Assembly (NCBI RefSeq): GCF_001194135.2
Contig: NC_068985.1
Coordinates: forward strand, 18,824,192 to 18,882,365
DNA length: 58,174 bases
Direction of reading: 5' to 3'
DNA from: Octopus bimaculoides
Lineage: Eukaryota
Shown here: positions 26,401-39,608 of the stretch, piece by piece
Layout of the letters: each line of letters begins with the position of its first letter
How positions within the stretch are numbered: the stretch's first letter is position 1
Made by a program: the position numbers and the translations under genes
Notes under the pieces: generated by a model
Databases searched by the model: none
Told to the model about the DNA's origin: nothing
What the model saw: only the letters and a program-made list of their open reading frames with translations

Positions 26401-27615
26401 CCTTAGTATAACGCCTTCCACAACTAGTTGTTTACTTACTCCCACTCTTCCTCCTCCATCTCTGTCCTTGATTCTTTCTCTCTAGCTGTGTGTGTGTGTG
26501 TGTGTGTGTAATGTTCTTTTATTCATTGCTTGCCATCAAGCCTAGTATGTGCACTTATCCTGCACTATTTAGGCTTATTTTCTCTATCTCTCTCTTTTAC
26601 TCTCTCTCCCCTTCCCTATATGAGATAAAGTGTGATGAGAAATCAACCAATCGACATATATATCAGATATTATTTTCATTACCATTACTATCAAGGCAGA
26701 GAGCTGGCAGAAACATTAGCATGCTGGGTGAAATGCCTAGCAGTATTTCGTCTGTCGTTATGTTCTGAGTTCAAATTCCACCAAGGTCGACTTTGCCTTT
26801 CATCCTTTCAGGGTCAATAAATTAAGTACCAGTTGCATACTGGGGTCAATCTAATTGACTGGTCACCTCCCCCAAAATTTTGGGCTTTATGCCTAGAGCA
26901 GAAAAGAGTATTTTCATTACTATTATCAAAGGTGGTGAGCAGACAGAATTGTTAGTGCATTGGACAAAATGTTTAGCATTTCTTCCAACTCTTTAAGTTC
27001 CAAGTTAAAATTTTGCCATGGTCGACTTTACCTCTCATCTTATCCCCACCCCCAAAATTGCTGGCCTTGAGCCAAAATTTAAAACCATTATACATACATA
27101 GGCACAGGAGTGGCCATGTGGTAAGAAGTTCGCTTACCAACAACACAGTTCTGGGTTCAATCCCACCGTGTAACACCTCGGGTAAGTGTCTTCTACTATG
27201 ACCTCAGACCGACCAAAGCCTTGTGAGGGGATTTGGTAGATGAAAACTGAAAGAAGCCCATAGTATATGTGTATGCATATATATCATCACCATCTTTTAA
27301 CATCAATTATCCATGTTGGCATGGATTGGACAGTTTGACCAGAGCTGGCAAGCAGGAGGGCTGCACCAGGTTCCAAGCCTGATTTGGATTGGTTTCTATG
27401 GCTGGAAGACCTTAATGCCAACCACTTTATAGAGGGCGCTGGGTGCTTTTAGGTGGTGCTGGCATGGGTGCAATTACGTGGGGCCAGCATGCGTGCTTTT
27501 TCGAGGTGCAGGCATGGGTACTTTTTATGAGTCATCAGCACAGGGCACTTCTAGGCCATTCCTCTTCAGTAAAGGGAGCAGTATTAACACTTCCGCTGTG
27601 GAGGGTGGGTTTTTA

Positions 27616-27629
27616 TATATATATATATG

Positions 27630-27672
<43 letters not shown>

Positions 27673-28030
27673 NNNNNNNNNNNNNNNNNNNNNNNNNNNN
27701 NNNNNNNNNNNNNNNNNNNNNNNNNNNNNNNNNNNNNNNNNNNNNNNNNNNNNNNNNNNNNNNNNNNNNNNNNNNNNNNNNNNNNNNNNNNNNNNNNNNN
27801 NNNNNNNNNNNNNNNNNNNNNNNNNNNNNNNNNNNNNNNNNNNNNNNNNNNNNNNNNNNNNNNNNNNNNNNNNNNNNNNNNNNNNNNNNNNNNNNNNNNN
27901 NNNNNNNNNNNNNNNNNNNNNNNNNNNNNNNNNNNNNNNNNNNNNNNNNNNNNNNNNNNNNNNNNNNNNNNNNNNNNNNNNNNNNNNNNNNNNNNNNNNN
28001 NNNNNNNNNNNNNNNNNNNNNNNNNNNNNN

Positions 28031-28081
<51 letters not shown>
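27616..28081. repeat. (AT)n - gap - (AG)n
   Basis: Microsatellites flank the N-run at 27673-28030. Confidence 0.95.
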
Positions 28082-28085
<4 letters not shown>

Positions 28086-29279
28086 TCTATTGCAGAGACA
28101 ACATCACGCATCTTTATTACACGAACCTCACCACGTTTTATTGAGATGTTTTGACTAGTGACAAATACGATGTGTTGACATTTCATTTCATTCAGTCTCT
28201 CCCCATCTCAGCAAGAATCCTCTTATCTAAAAGATGTTTACGAACATAAACATATCAATCTAACGAACATTCCCAATAAAACTGGAATAATCGTTGTTAT
28301 TATTTACAATGTATCCTTCCTTTCATTTTCCACTCTCAATACTTTCTCTTTAAAAAAAGCAAAAAATTCTTAAATGTAAAACACTGTCCGAAAGAAAACA
28401 AGTTAAAAATAATGAAGAACTTCATAATCTGTTTCTGAATGAATAGTATAACAGCTCGACCTTTATTTATACAATAATAATATACTACTGCATCAATACT
28501 AATGTGTGCTTTTTAACCAAACTGTCTTCTTAGATATACTCTATTAGAAATAAATATGTGATGGTCACGACTGGAATGTCGGGAATCATAGGTTTGCTAG
28601 ACCAGAATAGGCTAAAATGCGACAAAAATGCATGTGTTTATATTTAAATAAACATACACACATACAAACACTTTTTAAAATGTTTTTTGTATAGGCAATA
28701 ATTTATAAACCTCCCACACATTCATATTTGTATTATGGTATTGGCATAAAGATTCTTCTGCACCGTAACGGAAGATCTAATATTTCCTGATTAGTCTCAC
28801 CAGCGAATGTTAAACTTTTATACAGGTACGAGCTATTCATGCTGTGAAAATTAACGAATATTTTCATATTTAGAGGGATTTTTTCCTGTACTTATTGTTT
28901 TCACTTTCCTCTGATTTTTTTTTTCAATTCATGCTTCCCATTCACCACTGTAGGTAGAAAAATCTAAGTCTTGGAGAAAGACTGAATATGATAATTGTAA
29001 AAAAAGTTTTTTTTTTGTGTAATTTTATATTACGTAAGTTCATTAATGCTTGTTACAAACTGATGAATTATCTTTTTGCGACTTGAGTTATAGAAACAGA
29101 CAGGTACGTGTTATGATAAATATCAGATATCGATCACGATTAAGAAATAAAATGATTATGAGATATAGAAAGGAGATGGTCATATTTCTTTAAGTGCTGG
29201 GACAGCATCAGAGGTGTTAAAAGCTTTAATGATGAGAAATCAAACTCGAATTCCAAAGTCGGATAAACAGAGAGGCTCA

Positions 29280-29342
29280 CCTCGATCCCACTGCGAATAT
29301 AGTTAAAAAAGTAATGGAACCAAAAATTAAAGATTATGCAGG

Positions 29343-29379
<37 letters not shown>

Positions 29380-30880
29380 NNNNNNNNNNNNNNNNNNNNN
29401 NNTATTCCCATGGAGAAGAATTAGAATTTTTGTTTTTTTCGTCAGGTGAAAACATTCTTAGAGAACAAACCAAATTAAAAACTACACTCCTCTTGGTCAA
29501 GTTTCTTCAGAGAGTATCCTCTTTGTTCTCTCATACTTTCCTTTGACTATCATTCTCATCACGTTACTTATGAATCTTATGAATCTGTAAACAAATACTT
29601 CGGTGAGTCGGAAGAAAGAAAATCGAGAATAAATATGAACAGTAAACATGCAAATATCAAAAATATATTTAAAGAATATAGGTTAGTTTTGCAAACATGG
29701 AAGTTCCCTCTTCGCGTGGATAGGAAGCTGCTGAAGACAATGAACTTGGTTTATAAGCAACATACACCAGCCTTTATTAATATTTCAGTGTTTCGAATAA
29801 ATATATTCAAAGTAGTTCAAGATGTTAATATTCATATTTACACGAAACTCTCCTGGATGACTGCAGAGATCTTGTGTTTACATAAAGAAACTATATATCT
29901 AATTAGTAGATACATGTAAATAGATATCGGAGGAGATGCTAATTTCTGGAGTGTGGTGTAGTCTACATAGAGCTAGCGGTAGAATAAAGAATCGATATGC
30001 AAGGATATAGAAACATCTATTCAAGACATGGGCCATGATTGAGAAAAATAATCAAATTAAAACAATAGATAGATATATCCAATTAATAAATTCAAAATCG
30101 GAAAGTTCTTCCTTTGTTATCAGAGAACCGAACTAAGAGAGAGGGCTGAATTAATAACACAAAAACAAACACCAAAACAATACGGTTATAAGTAAATAAA
30201 GAAGCACTCAAGAGTTTTTTTTTTCGCTTCTCCGCTTTGTTAATGTATGTTTTTTTTTTTTTAAACAGGATGTGTTTTCTATTAATTTTTCATTTCAGGT
30301 TCATCCCCTTTTATCTATAATTCACTGATTGAGGCAGAAAATCACCTTAACTAAAGTAGCATCAATAAAAAGATAATTTGAGGACTTACATTGGGTTAAA
30401 TTCACACTTATTCATGGTGATTGGCTATGGAAATCAACGGGCAATGGACAACGAATCATCAGTTAATGCACGAGCACTGCTGTTCCGCCATTGGTGCTGT
30501 TGAATGAACGGACTCCCTCCCGCCGCTCTGACGACATTCCCTTTACACCAAATCATATAGCTTCATACAGTTTTAATAGACGTTAGCCAGGGACCGCTCC
30601 TTACACAAACATATATTCTCTATATCTAAAACGGACTTTGAAGCAGTTAATTAATAGATTTACCTTTTAATATATTCTATTTACGTTATTGATTAAAGCT
30701 TATGGATTATTTGTTAGTGTAGGTAGAATTATATAAGCTGAAGTATTATTAAACAGCAGCGATGTTTCGTAATAGAATAACTTTGATAACCGCCCCCTTA
30801 CATATCTCCGAAGATCTACCACCGCCCCAATCTACCAGCTCTGTGACTTAAATACTGTCTGGCAATAAATATACCAATAC
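29280..30880 (-). promoter_or_regulatory. Candidate NF-YA 5' region: non-coding exon donor plus CCAAT/GC boxes
   Basis: AG|GTGAG donor on - at 29280. Consensus AGCCAATCA on - at about 30418-30426. Further CCAAT at 30490, 30827 (next to CCGCCCC) and 30874. CpG frequency rises here. Confidence 0.35.
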
Positions 30881-32049
30881 ATCCCTCCTATGCTATTTGT
30901 TTCATGTTTGAGAGGTGGTCCTCGCAGTCCATTCACATTTTTCGTTCATGCTAGTCTGGCTATTTCATTAAAAGCAGTTTCTTAAAGGATTTTGAAAAAA
31001 ATATAATTTTGAAGAGTAACTGCGCTTTTATGAATAACATTTATATGTTATTTTCCATCATGTAATTAGAAATTTCTTGTGTAGCTCAATTATATCTAAT
31101 AGTAATAATAATAATTTATTCTTTTATTGGCCACAAGGGTTAATATAAAGATACATAAAAGGACATGCAACAACAATAATGGTTTCAAATTTTGCCACAA
31201 GGGCAGCCATTTTTGGGGGTGGGGATGAGTCGATTACATTAATCTCTAGTGTTTCACTGGTACTCAATTTATCGACCCCGAAAGGATGAAAGGCAAAGTC
31301 GACCTCGGCGGAATTTGAACTCAGAACGTAGCGACAGGCGAAATACTGCGAAGCATTTCGCCCAATGGTTTCAAATTTAGGCACAAAGCCAGCAAATTCA
31401 GGGAGGGTAGAAGTCGATTACATATAATAATAACAATAACAACAATGATAATTACAATAATAAATGTAAGTATATCTATCTATCTATCTATCTAATCTAA
31501 GGACTCTAATTAGACACTCGCGCGGGCGCACAGACATACTGACACACATAGGGAAACAATTATTAAACGTATTTAAGAAAAGGGTTTCTGTACGAGATTG
31601 CAAATGAAACCGCATCCCGTTATGTCAGATATTTGGTAAACCGGATAAACCGGACGATATCCGAGTTAACAGAGTGGCTGTCAGCAAGAGACTGACTGTC
31701 ACCATCTTTGAGTACCGAAGGTGTAGGGGCGCATATTCTAGTTGTACTAGGTGACCGCGGCATACCAACATAAATAGTAAATTCATCATAATATCATGCT
31801 CACTCTATAGTATAATCACGGGTCTGAAACGATATGATGATGATGACCCAAAGGCGACAAGTTGTTGAAGTCAGTACTTAATCATATATTTATTGTGATT
31901 GAAAGAAAAATCAGGCGCGTTCGTCCGATAGGGCAAAAAAAGAAAAAACCCAGAAAAATAAAGAAAAACAAAAACAGAAAGGAAAGTAAAACAAGTCTCA
32001 TTTCATAATAGCAAGTAAGAATTTTTCTGTGCGTGATTAATGTTGATAC

Positions 32050-32620
32050 ACTGGTGTCGTTAGCTAGTGAAGCGTTCATATTTTGCTGACAATCATAGCA
32101 GAATCAGACAAAAGTATTTTCTTGAGAGAAGTTCTGGTGGCCTTTTGGTGGAAGTATCAGTTAGAGAAGGAATTTCATTCGCAAGCATGCATCGTTGCTC
32201 TTAATTATCTCTAAGCATCTATTATCTTTACTTGCTAACATCATCTTGTTTCGGGCATCCGCTCGCTTCTCACTAACCGCTGACCGGATCATGTTTGTCT
32301 CTGTGTTCCACAGTCTGATGTTCACTACTCTTTTTATAAGCTGTGCCTAGAATTATCAAAGCTTCACTGATTTTCAGTCAACCATTTTTAAAGTCGTTAG
32401 AATTTTTGCTTTCGCTTGTCGAAGAATTTGGTGTGTAGTTGTTGAGTATCATTGATTTGACTTTTCTTGACGTTATCACATCTGCGAGTTGTTTTGGCCA
32501 GATTAAATGAATTCGTAGAAAACCCACTGGCCAGATTTTTTGCTGACGTGACAAAATACCGATTACAACTTCCGTGTTTGGAAACTAAAAACTTCCAAGT
32601 TCGAATCACAGTATAAATCT
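32050..32620 (-). mobile_element. Possible decayed DNA-transposase fragment
   Basis: Stop-interrupted frame ...FDKRKQKFSNDFKNG*LKISEAL... is weakly reminiscent of hAT-associated zinc-finger N-termini. Confidence 0.2.
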
Positions 32621-33239
32621 GCTACAAATTATAAGGAAACTAAATTTTATGTCCTCTGTTATGAAATATTGTGACTATTGTTTTGAGATAACACTGCATA
32701 CACTACAGCTAGGTGTATCATGATATGCACTAAATGGATGACAAGATAATGGCTGAGTGATGAATATAAGGACCGAATGCGAGCGACATTTCACATATTT
32801 CTTACTCGCTTTTACATTGCTCACTAAGATACATATAATTTCTTTCCAGTATTCCTCATTCCCTTCTAACTGATTAGCCTTTTAATTTGCCAACTATTCG
32901 AATTCATATATCCCTCTTCTCCTTACTTCCTTCTATCTGTATTCAAGCTGTAATTCATGCAAGAGTCATATTTTCTTATTCGCTTTCACACTCCCCTCTA
33001 AACACGCTATGTATCCCAGATGAGAAATATGCATAAATCGTTGAAGTTTTATTCAGTGGATCCGATTTTCTTTATAATAATTGGTATCATGATATAAACT
33101 GATCGAAAATAGTTTTCAAATCTATTAGTATGTCCTCATGAATAGCTTCAAGTTTGTATGCTTATTTTTAAAATATTGCTTACATCAGACATGTAGACTC
33201 AATACCATAGCACCTCATATGCAACATAATATCTATTTC

Positions 33240-33450
33240 TCTGGCAGAAACATTAGCACGTCGGGCGAAATGTTTAGTGGTATTTCGTCTGTCCTTACGT
33301 TCTGAGTTCAAATTCCGCTGAGGTCGACTTTGCCTTTCATCCTTTCGGGGTCGATAAATTAAGAACCAGTTGCGTACTGGGANNNNNNNNNNCCCCACAC
33401 ACACACACACAAAAAAAAATTAATTTCGGGCCTTGTGCCTAGAGTAGAAA
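33240..33450 (+). mobile_element. SINE family B (core gcctttcatcctttcggggtcgataaattaag)
   Basis: Multi-copy: also about 10808-11000, 12705-12915, 24020-24190, 24455-24655, 31185-31420, 37780-37978, 55520-55620 (-) and 26695-26905, 49345-49480, 51465-51655 (+). The core recalls Meta-type SINE domains (from memory, unverified). Confidence 0.85.
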
Positions 33451-33500
33451 AGAATATCTATTTCTCTGATTCGACATCTTTTAGCTTTGCATTTTACGTC

Positions 33501-34760
33501 ATGGCTTCAGGGGAGAATAATAATCCAAAGAAGCATATGATTATATTGGCGAACCAGAAACTGGAATTTATAGAAATTAGAGATTGGTTCTTCGGTGACA
33601 AGAGTCTGTGAAGAGTATCATGTTAACAAGCAAACGTTGGACTAAAAATCAACTGTTTAACTTTGAAATATATTGATGCAACCGGCTTATCTGCAGCTGC
33701 ATAGCTGAAACGCATTAAAGAATAAATTATAAATCATTCTCTGTTGGTGGAAGGAAATATAAGGGATTTGCAAAAGATACAGATTTAAGGTGGCAATAAC
33801 AAAGAGAGTTATCCATCAAGAATCCTGTGGTAACAATCTGTAGACTAGAAATTCCAAGTGTTACTGCCTAGCGAGCCATATGAGCTTCAACAATTTTGAA
33901 GCCAGTGAAGATTATTTATGGCGATTTAGAATTCTTGACAGAATGATTAATAAAATTATAAATGGCAAAGCATGTAGTGCACCGAAACGAATAAATCGAA
34001 ACATCTTGGAAGGAATTGGATTACTTTATCCCGCAAATGTATAACGGACTGGAAATGGGATTATTTGCGGTTACTGCCAAGGAATACCCAAGCTTTCAAG
34101 AATGAAACCTTCATAGCTCGTCTTAAATTAAGCAAAGAATGTATTTCGGTGTTGTACTGTACGAACATCGATGGTATGCGCCCTTTAGCTGGCAGTCTTA
34201 AAGAAGTTACGTATCTACAAGTTTTGAAGCATAATGCACCAGCTACCAGGGCATTATTACCATTTCATTAATCATGGTTCATGAGTACTTTTTCTCGCAT
34301 TTCATTCATGAAGCACGTAAGTAGCAGGAGGATATCTTCAAACAGCTTGCCGATGAGGTGAAATCACCATAAAAATGAACCTGTTCACTCAGGTAACCAC
34401 CAGCCCTCCAGTAACGATGGTAAAATAGGGTGCATGTTCTCACCACTAAGTGTTACCTGCATGATCCAGTCAATAAATCAAGGTATAATTGTGGCTTACA
34501 CCAAGTAAGATATTTCAGATGAAGTTCTCGTGGTAGCAGAGGAGCAAGATCTTAGGAAAGATACACAAAGGTAAAGCACTCTCAATGGTATCAAGAATTA
34601 CATCCTTAAACATATAATATTTAATTCAGTAATTTCTTAGGAGTCACTGAAGACTTTTACTCTCGACAATGCTTAGAAGAAACGTCTGTACAATGAAGAG
34701 ACAAAATACGATTGGGAAAGATTCAAAGCGATGAATTTTCATTGTCAAAAGGTAAAAAAA
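33501..34760 (+). mobile_element. Tigger/pogo (Jerky/TIGD-like) transposase fossil
   Basis: HTH-like QKLE...GSSVTRVCEEYHVNKQTLD, FEASEDYLWRFR, LPRNTQAFKNE...KLSKECISVLYCTNIDG, TCMIQSINQGII (DDE_1-like). Many frameshifts. Confidence 0.8.
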
Positions 34761-35499
34761 AAACAACAAAAAAGACATGGTCAGAAACTGACTAGAAAAC
34801 ACAACGAATGATTATAGATTCTGAGTGTTCATAAAAGAAATAGTGATTGAAGTTCTCGTTTGGAACAGCGAGGGTGACGAACGCCAGTCAATCCCAATTC
34901 TTTTTTTATTTATGTCTCTCTCCTAGAATTTTTAATTTTTTTGTGACATTAATAGCGAAAAAAGTATCTAAATTTTGTAATGAATGGTATATGAAAAAAA
35001 CGTGTCACTTTTGAAAGAAAATTAAAAACATTTAGTAAAAATAAAATTTGTAAAATCAATCAAATAATTTTAAATATTGCTTTAAATTTATTAATTCATC
35101 GGAAATTTATTTCTAAAGATATTTAAAAATTGATAATTTGTAATGAAAATTTTTGAGCAAAATATTTATAAGAAACATTAAACAATTTTTCAAAGGTGAT
35201 TTTTAAAATTAATAATGTAATAAACTCTATAAGAATAACAATGCCTGTTAATTGCACATTTATTTTATATTATTCTATATAAAGATATTTTGTGAGTTCA
35301 ACAAAACACCTATTTCTAATCATACATTATTTTTCTGATTAACACGCATAACAAAAACTTTAGTTGACACCAAGAAAATTTATAACTTCCAAAGAATGAT
35401 TACTTTTTGAACACAAAAATAAATATAAGTGTTTTATATATATATAAAAAAGACGTATAATATTACCTATTACAATATTTATTTGGCGAGATCCTTGTG

Positions 35500-36125
35500 G
35501 TTGATGCAGTTTCGCAAGTTTTTCAAAATGAAGTCTGTGCTTGTTACTTACAAATGAAGATCATCTCTACTTAAAATTTCTACGCGACTGCAAGATTTTA
35601 ACAGTCGGAAAGATACACGGCTAAAGTCTGACTCAGCTACGAAAGAAGTAGGAAAGGCAATGAAATATAATTCTATTCCTGCCAAACCAATAGGAATTTC
35701 ACAGCATTTTCACTACTTGCCCATAAGTTATCGAGCCCATGATTAAATTCAGCTTGAGCAGTTTTATCACTGTGTGATTCAGCAAGACTTTCGTTTAGTC
35801 TAGCACCAACAACAGGTGCTTTTGTACCAGATGGATCTACCACGTAACTTGGAATGTTCATTTCCAGGAGATACTGGAACCTAATATCCATATCATTGTA
35901 CAATTTTTTCAAATGTTCAGTGTACACTAAATAATCATCTTATTGCAGCTTCTCCTCAGTCGTGACAAAGGTTTGAAAGTACATCGACTCCTTACGACTA
36001 ATATTTACGCTGAATAGATTAAATTTTTCAAAGAAAGCAGTAGTAATCTCTCTTTAAATTAAATGATTTATATTTTTATCTTGTTGCTGTTTGTTCAGCA
36101 AATTTAGCTTTTCAAATATATCAGA
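35500..36125 (-). mobile_element. hAT (Buster/ZBED8-like) transposase C-terminal fossil
   Basis: KLNLLNKQ, VYTEHLKKLYNDMDIRFQYLLEMNIPSYVVDP, LPTSFVAESDFS. Confidence 0.8.
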
Positions 36126-36393
36126 ACGGTAGAATATGACATATTTTGCAGTTAGGATTTCTTTTCGAAGCTGTTTACTCTTTTACTTGTTTCAGTCATT
36201 TAACCGCGGCCATGCTGGAGCACCGCCTTTAGTCGAGAAAATCGACCCGGGACTTATTCTTTGTAAGCCTAGTACTTATTCTATCGGTCTCTTTTTGCTG
36301 AACCGGTAAGTGACGGGGACATAAACACACCCGCATCAGTTGTCAAGCAATGCTAGGAGGACAGACACAGACACACACGCACAGACACAGACA

Positions 36394-36434
<41 letters not shown>

Positions 36435-37241
36435 GACGGGCTTCTTTCAGTTTCCGTCTACCAAATCCACTCATAAGGCTTTGGTTGGCCCGAGGCTATA
36501 GTAGAAGACACTTGCCCAAGGTGTCACGCAGTGGGACTGAACCCAGAACCATGTGGTACTATACAAAAACATTACAATATTGTTTCAAATTTCAACACAG
36601 CGATGAATACAATTACTCTTAGAGATTGTCACTACATATACGAACTTCAAAGCAGTAGCATATTTAATTCATACCAGACTTTCTAAGGCCAACTTAATAT
36701 TTTGTTCGTCAATGATAAATTATTATCAAAATGTCAAATGAATCCTTCCTTTCCTTTTTGTCAAAGAAACTTAAGATATAGAAAATACATTGTGTGTGTG
36801 TTTGTATGTATGATTCGTAAGTAAATTTTAAAGGGTTTCAGAGAGTAATAGAACATTTTTGAAAGAAACATAGTGGTAGTTATGTGCCCCCACGTCCTAA
36901 ACTTTTCGGCCCCAATGACCTTTACTATGGCCCCAAGTTGGGAAACAATGATGAAGGCGACGAACTATTACCCAAGAAATCCAAACTTTGTTGTATGAGA
37001 ATCCTTTGGTAACTTCACTCTGTTCCTTGATTTGTCAACAGGAACTGATGTTCAGTAAGATTATCAGCATTGTAGACCCTTAAGGAAACTCATTACTTTG
37101 AAACAATATCTGCAAGGTATACAACTGAAACTCAATTCATTGTTCAAGCCAATTCGTCCTAACCCTTTTCCAGCTGCTAGACCTGCTGATGACATTGATA
37201 AGCAACCTGCTGTTGACTTAGTTTCTCAATCACGCCAGTGA

Positions 37242-37535
37242 TGGTACGTGGCTTAGTGGTTAGGGTATTCGGCTCACGCACGTAAGGTCGTGAGTTCGAT
37301 ACCCGCGGCGCGTTGTGCCCTCGAGCAAGACGTTTTATTTCACGTTGTTCCTGTTAACTCAGCTGGCAAAACATGGGTCAGCCTTGTCACATTCTGTGTC
37401 ATGCTGAATCACCACGAGAACTAAGAGTACGCGGGTCTGTGGAGTGCTCAGCCACTTTCACGTTAATTTTATAAGCCGGCTCTTCTGTTGATCGGATCAA
37501 CTGGGACACTCAAATCGTAACCGACGGAGTACCGG
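37242..37535 (+). mobile_element. tRNA-derived SINE family A
   Basis: A-box tggcttagtggttagg, B-box gagttcgatacc. Other copies at 25528-25730 (+), 20850-21030 (-) and 39085-39235 (-). Confidence 0.85.
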
Positions 37536-38887
37536 CTCTTTTTCTCAGTCTCGTCAGATTTCTCCGAGTGGGAGGGAAGGACCAGTAGAGCACCATATCG
37601 CTACTAACCAATTAATAACTTCTACCTCACCTACATCACATCAAGGATACCTGTCGTTTAGCTATCAATTAGTAAATGAAATTAAGAATTTGCAGTTTTA
37701 ATTTTGTAATTGTTACATTTTCTAATGCTAAATTTTGCTGTCTTGAGAGAGTTATTTCGCCAATAATAATGATTTCAAATTCTGGCACAAGGCCAGCAAT
37801 TTCGGGAGAGGGGCCAAGTCGATTACATCGATCCCAGCACTCATCTAGTACTTATTTTATCGACTCCGAAAGGATGAAAGGCAAAGTCGACCTTAGCGGA
37901 ATTTGAACTCAGAACGTAAAGACGAGTGAAATACCGCTAAGCATTTCGTCGGCATGATTCATGCCAGCTCGCTGCCTTTATTACACCATTAATAATAACA
38001 CACGCATAGGTTCAATTCCACTTCTTTATTATTAGTCAATTGGTCAAATATCTAACCAAGTAACTAAACGATCATTAAACGACCTGTGCGTGTGTTATTA
38101 TTAATTGGCACACTGGCCCACCCAAGATACAACAAGATTTGTTTCAACACACGAATTTACACCCAGAATCTAGCTAACCAAATACAAAAAACGAAGTAAT
38201 GCTAAATGATTTTATAACGTATTTTATTCTTTTATTACTTTGTTTTCAGTCATTTGATTGCGGCCATGCTGGAACACCGCCTCAAAGGGTTTTAGTCGAA
38301 CAAATCGACCCCAGGATTTATTTCTTAAGCTTAGTTATTATTCTATAGATCCCCGTTGCCGAACTGCTAAGTTACGGGGACGTAAACATACCAACACCGG
38401 TTGTCAAGCGATGATGAAGGACAAACACAGGCACGAGCACACACAGACACACACACACACACACACGACGGACTTGTTTCAGTTTTCGTCTACAAAATTC
38501 ACTAAAAAGGCTTTGGTCAGCCCGAAGCTATAGTAGAAAACACCTGCTCAAGGTGCCACGCAATGGGACTGAACCCGGAGCCATGTGGTTGGGAAGCAAG
38601 CTTCTTAGACAATATTTACAGTATTTTCTGCAATTTTGTTATTGTTGATCATGTTCAGCATATAGTTTATATATTTCTAGTATTGTATGCCATATAAACT
38701 CTAACACTGGTTACTCCAAACAATGGGCTAAAACGTATACCCTCCTCCTATTAGTATGGCTTAACAAGAGTTCACTGTATAGCTATGTATGTATGTATGT
38801 ATGTATACACACAAACACATCAGTAATGTAACTACACATGTGTTGTTGGTGATATTTTTCCTTCTCTGGACTTTTCCGTTTTCCCTT

Positions 38888-38914
38888 CTGACGAAGAGTT
38901 ATGCTCGAAACGTC
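38888..38914 (+). ncRNA. Minimal hammerhead-ribozyme-like motif (Penelope-type, variant)
   Basis: CTGACGA-A-GAG ttatg CTC-GAAA-C-GTC with palindromic ACGT in place of helix III. Extra A after A9 and weak stem I. Confidence 0.4.
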
Positions 38915-39279
38915 AAAAACTTTCTTTTTACCGAGCGTCAAACTAATACACCCCATTTTCACGTCCTCTTGTTTGTTATTGTAGATTTTAATGTTCGATT
39001 ATTCGATTTGACTATATACATATATATGAAGTATCAAAAGTTTTTCCTGGGCCATAGGCTCATAATACCAGTTTCCCTCCCACCAATCTGACGGACACGG
39101 GTCTGACGCAGGGTTACTCATTTTTCTGTCAGCTGAGTGCAATGGAGTAACATGAAATGAATATCAATGTATCCTGGTACAGGAATCAAAACTACAGATT
39201 ATGAGTGCAGCACTCTAATTACTAAGCCACACGTCTACATGCACGCACACGCACACATACACTTGTACGCATAAGTATA

Positions 39280-39502
39280 CAGTAATCCCTCGACTATCGC
39301 GGGTGTTACGTTCCATCCCACCCCCCGCGATAGGTGAAAATCTGCGAAGTAGAAACAGTACTGTACTGTATATATTTTTATTATGCTTATAATTTGTATA
39401 TATTTATTTTATTATAAATACAAAACAACTCCACTGTGGAATCGACGTAAGCTTAAATAATAAACTGTGAGAGGTGAACCGTGATATGGCGAGGGTTTAC
39501 TG
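39280..39502. mobile_element. Tigger-like MITE
   Basis: TIR cagtaatccctcg/cgagggtttactg with TA on both sides. A CpG-decayed end of the same family lies at about 20783-20812. Confidence 0.85.
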
Positions 39503-39561
39503 TACATATATATATGTATGTAAGTGTATATTCGTGTATCTCTCTCTCTGTGTCTCTCTTT

Positions 39562-39608
<47 letters not shown>

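Noticed and set aside
27443-28186. Long ORFs in the track here and at 41137-42221, 9798-10164 and 54166-54351
   Set aside because: Artefacts of N-runs and microsatellites.
34064-34115. CGYC motif suggesting a zinc-binding host protein
   Set aside because: It is an off-frame reading of the Tigger-like transposase fossil.
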